A stretch of 36,093 nucleotides of DNA, taken from NCBI RefSeq assembly GCF_001194135.2, contig NC_068984.1, forward strand, positions 125,663,108 to 125,699,200, given 5' to 3'. Shown piece after piece: positions 21,375 to 31,949 of the stretch. The stretch's first letter is position 1. The number at the start of each line of letters is the position of its first letter. The position numbers and the translations under genes were made by a program. The stretch is from Octopus bimaculoides. Lineage: Eukaryota. A model generated the notes under the pieces. The model worked only from the letters and a program-made list of their open reading frames with translations, had not been told where the DNA came from and ran no database searches.

Positions 21375-21780
21375 AACAGCTGTTTCTGGAGTCTCGGAGA
21401 TCCATTATAATGTTGATAGATATAGTTCATCACAATATGCGGCCGTAATGGAAGCAGTCGACATTGGATAAATCGAGCCTCCGTCATAAGGGTAGAGATT
21501 TTCGTTATGATCCCTCTTATAACCATTCTTTACCCCCGTGGAATTGATCCCCTGTAAAGAAATCGGAGTCTAAGTTTGAATTATTCGAACACTACCAAGT
21601 GACTTCTATACAGAGAATTTCTGGGTGTCATCTGTTGACAATTTTTTTCATCCGTATGTGTAAATATATTTTGAAGAATTGGAACATTCCGCCTATTCTT
21701 TACTGACTTCAAATCTTTCCAGCTTTATCACTTAAAGTCTAAGGAGGATAGCTCTTTTACTTTTTTACTCTTTATTTTTT
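21375..21780 (-). mobile_element. Unclassified dispersed repeat, possibly a PLE 3' end or pLTR, with a hammerhead-like remnant
   Basis: 21508-21573 is homologous to 24785-24849 (ATGATCCC..TTATA..CTTTACC..GTGGAAT..CCCTG.AAAGA.ATCGGAGTCTAA). A minus frame ends NENLYPYDGGSIYPMS..LSTL* right at a TGGA..TCCA-GAAAC-AGCTGTT motif. Confidence 0.4.
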
Positions 21781-21891
21781 ACATTTTAATTTTTGTGTTT
21801 TCGTTTTCCGTTGTTTCCTGTCTGCGTTTTCTATATGCTGCCTTCTCAGTTTTTTCGCGTTTCTTCTATTATTCAGTTTTTTTTTTTAGTT

Positions 21892-22275
21892 CGTGGCTGT
21901 GTGGTAAGTAGCTTGCTTACCAACCACATGGTTCCGGGTTCAGTCCCACTGCGTGGCACCTTGGGTAAGTGTCTTCTACTATAGCCTCGGGCCGACCAAA
22001 GCCTTGTGAGTGGATTTGGTAGACGGAAACTGAAAGAAACCTGTCGTATATATGTATGTATGTGTGTTTGTATGTCTGTGTTTGTCCCCCCACCATCGCT
22101 TGACAACCGATGGTGGTGTGTTTACATCCCCGTAACTTAGCAGTTCGGCAAAAGAGACAGATAGAATAAGTACTAGGCTTCCAAAAATAAGTCCTGGGGT
22201 CTATTTGCTCGACTAAAGGCAGTGCTCCAGCATGGCCACAGTCAAATGACTGAAACAAGTAAAAGAGTAAAGAGT
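21892..22275 (+). mobile_element. SINE family A, young near-complete copy
   Basis: TGGCTGTGTGGTAAGTAGCTTGCTTACCAACCACATGGTTCCGGGTTCAGTCCC..ATGACTGAAACAAGTAAAAGAG. Confidence 0.95.
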
Positions 22276-23045
22276 ATATGTGGTTTACACCTGAAGAATA
22301 TGCTTGAGTTTTCTCAACATATGAAACTATTAGTAGCGCTTTAATACATGTATTGTGCCATTTAAATAAATGATATGTGTGTGTATACATACATACATGC
22401 ATTCATATATAGGTGTGTATGTTTGCAATATTTGTTTGTTTGTGTGTGTGCGCGCGCGCGTATGTGTGTGTATTCGTGTGAAGTCATATTTATATGTTTG
22501 AGTACATTCGGACATGGTAAAACCTTTCGCCGCAAAAATAGTGCCGGGAGAAAATTCTCGCAGACGACATGTGTAAAAATCCATTGGGCCGTGAATTACG
22601 ACATTTGACTCATGCGTTTTTGCGTTGCTATGCGTCATCAGCTACGAATACCACGTCTACCTTTCACAGCACGTGCTGAACGATTCGTTCTTATAATAGA
22701 ACAGCAAACAACACAGTCGCTGACGTTCATAAAGCTTAGCCAAGCTAAAAGTAATTAAGTCACACAATGCAACGTTGGTATGATGATTAATTAATTCATT
22801 TAATCAGAGTACACGTGTAACAACATTGGTTTAAAGTGACATAATTATCCAATAAAAAGCAGCAGCAAAATGACCAGAAAGTATTTCAGCCTCAGGTTGA
22901 AATAGAAGGACATGTCTTAGCCTTAAGGTAGAAAGTAATTCTATGTTTGAAGATCAATATGAAAAGCAACTGCTGTCTGGCAAGGCTGCACTTGAAAAAA
23001 AAAACAAAAAAACTGCACCCTTATTTTATAAATTATAATTACACA

Positions 23046-23117
23046 TAGGATGTGGCGTAATGGTTAGGATTCCTGGTTTTCATCCAGGCAGCCCATGTTC
23101 CATTCCCATCATAGGAA
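23046..23117 (+). pseudogene. tRNA-Glu(TTC) pseudogene
   Basis: GGTTAGGATTCCTGGTTTTCATCCAGGCAGCCC closely matches metazoan tRNA-Glu-TTC. Perfect anticodon stem CCTGG/CCAGG, TTC anticodon, 72 nt. Acceptor stem and B box (GTTCCATTC) are damaged. Confidence 0.88.
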
Positions 23118-23140
23118 CGCATTTTCAATTTATTGACACT

Positions 23141-23488
23141 TGCAGAGCTGTGTAATTAAGAAGCTTGCTTTTCAATAACGTGGTTTCGGGTTTAGTCCCA
23201 CTGCGTAGTAACTTCGTGGACCAATTCCTTGTGAGTGAATTTGGTAGACGGAAACTGTGTGGAAGCCCATAAGTGTGTATGAGGGTGTATGTATGCATGT
23301 GCCTTTTTGTTTGTGTTCCACTACCGTTTGAGAACTGTTGTTGTTGTTTATTTACGTCCTCATAGCTTAGTAGTTCGACAAAAGAGTGAGATTGAATAAT
23401 TACTGTACTGGGGTCGGTTTGTTGGACTAAAACCTTTCGAAGCGATACCCCAGAATGGCCGTAGTCCAATAAATGAAACACGTAAAAA
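23141..23488 (+). mobile_element. Old SINE family A copy
   Basis: AAGAAGCTTGC..GGGTTTAGTCCCACTGCG..GGTAGACGGAAACTG..CTGGGGTCGG..CCAGAATGGCCGTAGTC. Confidence 0.8.
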
Positions 23489-23489
23489 A

Positions 23490-23878
23490 TGTTGTTGTTG
23501 ACACTCAGTCGTTAACGACGTCGAGGGTTCCAGTTGATCCGATCAACGGAACAGCCTGCTCGTGAAATTAACGTGCAAGTGGCTGAGCACTCCACAGACA
23601 CGTGTACCCTTAACGTAGCTCTCGGGGATATTCAGCGTGACACAGTGTGACAAGGCTGACCCTTTGAATTACAGGCACAACAGAAACAGGAAGTAAGAGT
23701 GAGAGAAAGTTGTGGTGGTAGAGTACAACAGGGTTCGCCACCATCCCCTACCGGAGCCTCGTGGAGCTTTTAGGTGTTTTCGCTCAATAAACACTCACAA
23801 CGCCTGGTCTGGGAATCGAAACCGCGATCCTATGACTGCGAGTCCGCTGCCCTAACCACTGGGCCATTGCACCTCCAC
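23490..23878 (-). mobile_element. Full-length C/OR-type SINE
   Basis: Near-identical reverse complement of 11119-11509 including the (CAA)n tail. Confidence 0.95.
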
Positions 23879-24575
23879 GATATACATACATACATACATA
23901 CATACATACATANNNNNNNNNNNNNNNNNNNNNNNNNNNNNNNNNNNNNNNNNNNNNNNNNNNNNNNNNNNNNNNNNNNNNNNNNNNNNNNNNNNNNNNN
24001 NNNNNNNNNNNNNNNNNNNNNNNNNNNNNNNNNNNNNNNNNNNNNNNNNNNNNNNNNNNNNNNNNNNNNNNNNNNNNNNNNNNNNNNNNNNNNNNNNNNN
24101 NNNNNNNNNNNNNNNNNNNNNNNNNNNNNNNNNNNNNNNNNNNNNNNNNNNNNNNNNNNNNNNNNNNNNNNNNNNNNNNNNNNNNNNNNNNNNNNNNNNN
24201 NNNNNNNNNNNNNNNNNNNNNNNNNNNNNNNNNNNNNNNNNNNNNNNNNNNNNNNNNNNNNNNNNNNNNNNNNNNNNNNNNNNNNNNNNNNNNNNNNNNN
24301 NNNNNNNNNNNNNNNNNNNNNNNNNNNNNNNNNNNNNNNNNNNNNNNNNNNNNNNNNNNNNNNNNNNNNNNNNNNNNNNNNNNNNNNNNNNNNNNNNNNN
24401 NNNNNNNNNNNNNNNNNNNNNNNNNNNNNNNNNNNNNNNNNNNNNNNNNNNNNNNNNNNNNNNNNNTACATACATACATACATACATACATACATACATA
24501 CATACATACATACATACATACATACATACATACATACATTCAGAGAGAGAGAGAGGGAGATACAGACACGAACAA

Positions 24576-24611
<36 letters not shown>

Positions 24612-24862
24612 ACACGCACACACACGCACGCACACACGCACGCACACACATATATATATGAAATTTGCGTTCTCCCGTTTGCTTGTATACATATATACAT
24701 ATTTCATACCCAAACTAATATATTTCATATATTTTGTTGTATCTAATCTGTTTAACCGCATAACCGCCTCTAAACCTGCTCAACATGATCCCTTTTATAG
24801 TCTTCCTTTACCTTGTGGAATGATTCCCTGCAAAGACATCGGAGTCTAACATTATTTACATT

Positions 24863-24939
24863 CAACGTTTCGCCTGATATACCCTCCAGCCTTGGGGAAA
24901 TTTCGAACCTGGGTTCTCATTCCTAGGGTATTTTCTCGA

Positions 24940-24988
<49 letters not shown>

Positions 24989-25110
24989 GTTGTTGTTGTT
25001 GTTGTTGTTGTTATTATTATTCAGGTCACTGCCTGAAATCGAACTCGGAATTTTGGGGTTAGTAGCCCAATGCCCGTGAGCATATGGCGTAGTGGTTAAG
25101 AGCGCGAGCT
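24863..25110 (-). mobile_element. tRNA-headed repeat (family E) with internal (AAT/AAC)n, rearranged head and hammerhead-like tail remnant
   Basis: Minus strand: GGGCTACTAACCC..GAGTTCGATTTC (B box) - (AAT)n - body - GGCTGGAGGGTATATCAGGCGAAACGTTG. The A-box half TGGCGTAGTGGTTAAGAGCGCG lies on the plus strand at 25085-25106. Confidence 0.6.
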
Positions 25111-25112
25111 CT

Positions 25113-25153
<41 letters not shown>

Positions 25154-25418
25154 AGTACCATCATCAGCTGCACAAATCTCAATTATTTATAAATATATAT
25201 ATATATATATATAACTAAATCAAGGATATAAATCCTCTTAAAGGGATGCCAGCATCCAAGTTCCCCGGTTTTATTCAGTGTATCAGTGCAAAGCCATTGA
25301 TGTTATCCTCGCATTGATGGATATGGGCATACTATTTTTTTAATATTTTTTATGTATGAGAAAAAGGAAACGGAAAAACTGACATATAGACATCAATTAA
25401 TTACAACATAATACAACT

Positions 25419-25816
25419 TAAGGCGGCGAGGTGGTAGAAACGTTAGCAGACCGGACGAAATGCTCAGCGGTATTTCGTCTGTCTTTACGTTCTGAGTTCA
25501 AATTCTGCCGCGGTCGACTTTACTTTTCATTCTTTTCGGGGTCGATTAAATAAGTACCGTTTGTCTGTCCTTGTTTGTCCCATCTGTGTGTAGGCCCTTG
25601 TGGGCAGTAAAGAAATAAGAAACGTTAGCACGCTAGACGAAATGCTTAGATGGTATTTCGTCTGTCTTTACGTTCTGACTTCAAATTCCGCCGAGGTCGA
25701 CTTTACCTTTCATCCTTTCAGGTTCGATAAATTCAGTACCAATTGCGTACTGGGGTCGATGTAATCGACTGGCCCCCACCCCCAAAATTTCGGGCCTTGT
25801 GCCAAGAGTAGAAAAG
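25419..25816 (+). mobile_element. Dimeric family-B SINE with 14-bp TSD
   Basis: Two monomers (~25419-25617 and ~25618-25816) with different tails. TSD AACATAATACAACT at 25405-25418 and 25817-25830. Confidence 0.92.
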
Positions 25817-26301
25817 AACATAATACAACTCTGAACAATATCAAACTCATTTTCACCTACAATTGTTTGCCCAATTAAATCAATTTGAGAAATTAAATTA
25901 AATTTCTATATCGAAAATCGTTAATTGGGTATAATTTTATAGAAAGGAGCTACATTTTGATGTATTGTTTGACCCTTAATATACTCAGATACGTGCGTTT
26001 CAGCAACCAATGTATTTAAAAAACCGTTCTTTGTGTATATGTAAATGCAAACTTGTTTTAAGCATTTGTACGCGTGCGTGTGTAATGTGTTGAAAAATCT
26101 AAAACCAAATACCCGTTGGCTAACTTAAACGATATTTCGATACGATTGCTTTAAACTAGAAGATAATAAACATCATTCCTAATTTACACTATTACTTATG
26201 ATAAATCGAGGCGTCTTTACAGTATTTAATCACTTAAGAAATTTATTATAAGTCACTCAGGTGCAATCTAGAAATTATAGTTAAATAGCAAATTATTATT
26301 A

Positions 26302-26672
26302 TTACCTCCGCCTTAGCGAAGGCGGAGTTATTGTTTCAGTAGTGTTTGTTTGTTTGTTTGACCGTGGACAAGATATCTCAAGAACCGCAGGATGGATTCG
26401 GATGAAACTTTCAGCGACGTTTGGCCTCGTGACTGGCACGAACAGATTAGATTATGAGATCGATGTGGTACCGGACAAGGATTCTGGATTGTTCTTCCTG
26501 TTTTTTTTTTACTTAATTTTTGAGAGTGTTGGGTTCATTTTTAGTGTTCTCGTTTGTGAGAGCAATCGAGTTTATTTCAGATGTTCTCATTTTAAAAATC
26601 ATCTCTGGCTACTCGCTGAGAAGACGTTGGTGTTGCCTTGACGGAGGTTTGCGCTCTCTGAGTGCTTTTGTT
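26302..26672 (+). mobile_element. Non-autonomous Helentron-type element (HINE/DINE-1-like)
   Basis: 5' TTACCTCCGCC with hairpin CTCCGCCTT-AGCG-AAGGCGGAG, then (TTTG)n. 3' subterminal repeat TTGACGGAGG and terminal hairpin GCGCTC-TCT-GAGTGC followed by TTTT. Confidence 0.8.
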
Positions 26673-27204
26673 ATCATTAATATTATTATTTTTTTTTTTT
26701 ATTTTAAAAACCATAGTTACGTATATGTAATATTTTCATTACGTATTTGTGCGTGTGTGTGTGTGTTAATGTGATGAAAGTTACTAGATGATGGTGAATC
26801 AAAACTGCTTACTAATTATCATAGCTGAATATTACATCATAAATATTTCTGTACAATATATTTGTTTATATGATAGTGTGAACAGGTATACACGAGCTTA
26901 ATTGAGAAAAGCTCTAACGTTAACAAATCAAAGTTAATGAAATTAATGAAAATTAAAATCATCATTGAATTAAGATTACCAATTATTTTAAAAATGTATT
27001 AATCACAAATTCTTAAAATTAAAATACTCTTAACCTTACAGTTACCTGTAAATAAAACCTTATGTTCATATTTACCGTTTATTTTATATTCTAATATTAA
27101 TATGATATCTACTAAGAATTACCTAATCTTTATAGTTATAATTGTTAGTATGTTAATCCTGAGATACCTCCTAAATTTATAGTCCTGGTAACTTTTACAT
27201 TGTA

Positions 27205-27876
27205 TTAGGTCATCCCATAAATAATGCAGGTTTTTCAATTGCATGAACTAAAAGTCGGAGGGAGACGGGATAAACTAACTGCATCAAGTTGCTGTAAAAG
27301 TTGCTTACAAAATTCACTTGTCCCAGACGAAAAATACTCCTTCACTATTGTTCTGACCTCGTCTACAGAATTCATATTTTTTCCGTCCAAATAATCTTGA
27401 AAAGTGCGGAATAAATGATAATCAGATGGGGCAATGTCCGGCGAATATGGTGGATGGGGCATCGTTTCCCATTCAAACTGCTTCAGCCTTTGGAATGTCA
27501 TCCTCGCTGTATGTGATCGGGCATTAATTATCCTGTCGTCTTGAAACTTAAGACTACCGTTGACACTAGTTTACGCTTATCGTCCGATCCCCATACACTG
27601 CATTAATATTCCTCGTACTTTGCGTCGCGTCGCTGCATTTATTGAATTCATAAAGCAAAATATGCCGAATATGCTCCTTTGTCTCTTCCAGTATAGCTTT
27701 GAAAAAATAACTGTCAAAATCGAACTGCACTCTTCAAAACTTGCATTAAGGATAAGAACAAGGTAAAATTGCTAACTGCTTTTATAGCAAGTTGATGCAG
27801 TGAGTTTATCCCGTCCTCCTCCGAATTTTAGTTCATGCAAATGAAAAAAAATCGCATTATTTATGGAATGACCCAT
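27205..27876 (-). mobile_element. Mariner (Tc1/mariner, D34D-type) internal-deletion derivative
   Basis: ~95-bp TIRs at 27205-27300 and 27779-27876, with TA at 27203-27204. N-terminal KEHIRHILLYEFNK..RNINAVYGDRTISV is fused to NARSHTARMT..HPPYSPDIAPSDYHLF. Start codon lost; stops present. Confidence 0.93.
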
Positions 27877-28061
27877 CAGTCAGTTAATCAGTTAGTTAAT
27901 TAGTTAGTTTATTATCCAAAATATCATGAGTCAGAAAACAGAGACAGTAATAGAGTGGGCATATCGTTAATATTTATATATCATAGTCTTACGATGAACA
28001 ATTAATCAAATAGTTTCATGCCAGATATAGAAAGGGGAATCCAGATTATCTATAAGACTGA

Positions 28062-28315
28062 TACTTACTCTGTCAGTCTCTTTTACCGAACTGCTATGTA
28101 ATGGGAACAAGCCAACACTGGTTGTGAAGCATCAGTAGGGGACGAACGAAACACAAACGCAAAGAAACACACACACACACTGTTACATGATTATGTATCC
28201 GACGGGCTTCTTTCAGATTCCGTTTACCAAATCCACTTGGAAGGCTTCGGTTGGCCCGGGGTAGTAGTAGAAGGCACTTCCCCAAGGTACTGTGCAGTGG
28301 AACAGGACCCAAGCT
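28062..28315 (-). mobile_element. Old SINE family A fragment
   Basis: CGACGGGCTTCTTTCAGATTCCGTTTACCAAATCCAC..GGTTGGCCCGGGG..CCCAAGGTAC on +. Confidence 0.8.
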
Positions 28316-29192
28316 GGTATTTTAGAAAGATTTTAGCGCTATTTCTCGCGAGTCGCGCGACCACGAAGAGGCTTCCTCATTTATTATTAGTCTTCCACCA
28401 AATATTTGATACTCTGATACACGTCTTTCACTCGACCTTACAAAGAGGAAAATATTGAAAAAGCAGACAATATAGGCAATCGATGCTAATCGTAACCTCT
28501 TTCTTCCCCCTCTGCCTCTCTGTTTCTCTTTCTCTCTCCTCCCTCTTATCTCTCTCTTACTCTCCCCCCCTCTCTCTCTCTCTCTCTTTCACTCTTTCTT
28601 GCCTCTATCTTCTGTCTACCCTGCCCCTCTCTCTGCCTCGTTTACATTTTCCGTTTTATTCCTCCACTCTTTTATCCTCTCTCCCTCTCTAATATACACT
28701 TTTTACTGTTCTCTCGGTCTCTCTTTCTCCGACCTCCTCTCTCAATATTTTGTTCTTTTTTTCTGTAAATAGGCCTAGAGGGAGTTGTTTGNNNNNNNNN
28801 NNNNNNNNNNNNNNNNNNNNNNNNNNNNNNNNNNNNNNNNNNNNNNNNNNNNNNNNNNNNNNNNNNNNNNNNNNNNNNNNNNNNNNNNNNNNNNNNNNNN
28901 NNNNNNNNNNNNNNNNNNNNNNNNNNNNNNNNNNNNNNNNNNNNNNNNNNNNNNNNNNNNNNNNNNNNNNNNNNNNNNNNNNNNNNNNNNNNNNNNNNNN
29001 NNNNNNNNNNNNNNNNNNNNNNNNNNNNNNNNNNNNNNNNNNNNNNNNNNNNNNNNNNNNNNNNNNNNNNNNNNNNNNNNNNNNNNNNNNNNNNNNNNNN
29101 NNNNNNNNNNNNNNNNNNNNNNNNNNNNNNNNNNNNNNNNNNNNNNNNNNNNNNNNNNNNNNNNNNNNNNNNNNNNNNNNNNNNNNNNNNNN

Positions 29193-29240
<48 letters not shown>

Positions 29241-29549
29241 GCGCGTGTAGACGCACATTCACACATATACATGCACACATATATCTATATCGTAATTTGC
29301 TCTATTATAATAAGGATGGGCAACAATGAAAGAATAATAATTATCGCATAAAGACCAATAGATAATACGATAAAATATTGGATAATTCAATGAGAATATC
29401 AGGAGGATATTGCATGATAATGTGGGAATTTCGATTCACTGTAACATATGGCCTGGTGTGAGATCACACAATATCTAACAGCATGACAGGATACACGGCA
29501 CAGTGTAGTCGGGTATTCTTCAGTATATATGATACGGCGGGTTTCGATG

Positions 29550-29700
29550 TATGTAGCGTAGTTGTTATAGCATTTCACACACGATAATAAGATCATGGTG
29601 TCGATTCCCAGACTGGATGGCATGTCGTGTTCTTGAATAAAACATTTCATTTCACTTTGTTCAGGTCTACTCAGCTACAAATGAATTCCAGCAATAAATG
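29550..29700 (+). mobile_element. Highly diverged CORE-type SINE 5' part
   Basis: GTCGATTCCC (B-box-like) followed by GTGTTCTTGAATAAAACATTTCATTTCACTTTGTTCAGGTCTACTCAGCT, a decayed version of 18055-18104. Confidence 0.55.
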
Positions 29701-30096
29701 GAGAAGTTGACCCTTTGACAAACTGGCCTACCAGTCAGTGGGGTATGTTGTATTTCATTAAGGTTATTTCTACAGATATTCTATAGAACATATAGCCAGC
29801 AGTGAATTTTGCTACGACGTTTCGTATCGAGATGTCAGATGTAAAGAGACAATGTGAGCGAAGACAAAAGTGAGTGATGAGTGTATATGCCATATTTATG
29901 AGGTTGTTACTCCTTCTTCGGCATTCATCTAACCTGCTATTGCCTCTGAACACATTGCTTATATAGCCACCGCATAAAGATGTGTTAAGTTATTGGATAT
30001 ACCAATTTACATATTAGACGCACTCCTGGGGCAGGTATGTAAACGTTAAAGATTTGTAGGTACGTGGTACTTCGTTATGCAAACACAATGAACAAT

Positions 30097-30725
<629 letters not shown>

Positions 30726-30730
30726 TATCA

Positions 30731-31120
30731 GGCGCAGGAGTGGTTGTGTGGTAACTTGCTTACCAACCACATGGTTCCGGGTTCAGTCCCACTGCGTGGC
30801 ACCTTGAGCTAGTGTCTTCTACTATAAACTCGGGCCGACCAAAGCCTTGTGAGTGGGTTTGGTAGACGGAAACTGAAAGAAGCCCGTCGGATATGTGTGT
30901 GTGTGTGCGTGCGCGCGAGTGTCTGTATTTGTCCTCCCAACATCGCTTGACAACCTATGCTGGTATGTTTACGTGCCCGTAACTTAGCTGTTCGGCAAAA
31001 GAGACCGATAGAATAAGTATTAGGTTTACAGAGAATAAGTCCTGAGGTCGATATGTTTGTTCGACTAAAAGCGGTGCTCCAGCATGGCCGCAGTCAAATG
31101 ACTGAAACAAATAAAAGAAT
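30731..31120 (+). mobile_element. SINE family A, full-length young copy
   Basis: GGCGCAGGAGTGGTTGTGTGG..ATGACTGAAACAAATAAAAGAATA. Confidence 0.95.
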
Positions 31121-31347
31121 AGTTGGCTGGTTGGTTGGTTGGTTGGTTGGTTGCCATGGCCGAATGTGCTTGTCTCCAAAGCCACCTCAGAGGTCACATA
31201 AACGACCCGCCAACAGCTCAATTCATTATTTCAAACCCTCTTACCTGTGATGTAATCATCAAAGTCTGCAAGAACCACTCCATAATGGTCCGCCACCTGA
31301 AAACCCCGAAAACAGGGATTTCATTTACAATATCAGTATCATATATA

Positions 31348-31532
31348 CAGGGTTGACCAAAAGTCACCCGACAGTAAATCAAATTTCATTAAATACTAAA
31401 TATTAAATTTTATTTATTCATTCCAATTATGAATGTTTAATAATTGAATGCTGTGAGTTAAAATATAGAATAATTTTTTCTTGGAATTAAACGATTTTTC
31501 ATTTACTGTCAGGTGACTTTTGGCCAAGTCTG
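31348..31532. mobile_element. 185-bp Tc1/mariner-type MITE
   Basis: 32-bp TIRs CAGGGTTGACCAAAAGTCACCCGACAGTAAAT and (reverse complement) CAGACTTGGCCAAAAGTCACCTGACAGTAAAT, 4 mismatches. TA TSD at 31346-31347 and 31533-31534. AT-rich core. Confidence 0.92.
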
Positions 31533-31649
31533 TATTGAAATTTTCTATCAATTTCTTCATATTTTTTAATGCTTTAACTGAGGATGGTTTACGTAATGGA
31601 GGTATTCCCCCGTTATATATTACGCTGGCCAATGTTAAAGATAATGAAT

Positions 31650-31925
31650 TTCCAGCTGTTCGATCACTTGAACCACCAAGCCTCATTGAATTAGCGTGTG
31701 GTTGAGTATACCTCAGACAAGCAGAACCAAGGTGACACGGTGTAACAAGGCTGGAGCTTCGATCTGATGGGCTTCTTCATAGTTTCCATCAACACAGTTT
31801 CTCTCAGAGTGCACGGATCAACCAGCCAGATGATTTGCCCATGGTTCCACGCAGTAAGATCGAACAAGGGACCGTGTGATTTTCTAACCTTTGGCCATAT
31901 GCCACGCACCACCATACTTACATTC
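31650..31925 (-). mobile_element. Old hybrid SINE: family-A-like body with C/OR-like tail
   Basis: Minus strand ACTGCGTGGAACCATGGGCAA..GATGGAAACTATGAAGAAGCCCATC (A-like), then CCAGCCTTGTTACACCGTGTCAC..TACTCAACCAC..GATCGAACAGCTGGAA (C/OR-like). Confidence 0.6.
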
Positions 31926-31949
31926 GTACGCATTCACAAGTTACAAGTG

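Noticed and set aside
31520-31705. Protein-like ORFs on both strands containing NGGIPPL
   Set aside because: The double reading comes from an imperfect palindrome at 31594-31615. The ORFs start or end inside a MITE and an old SINE.
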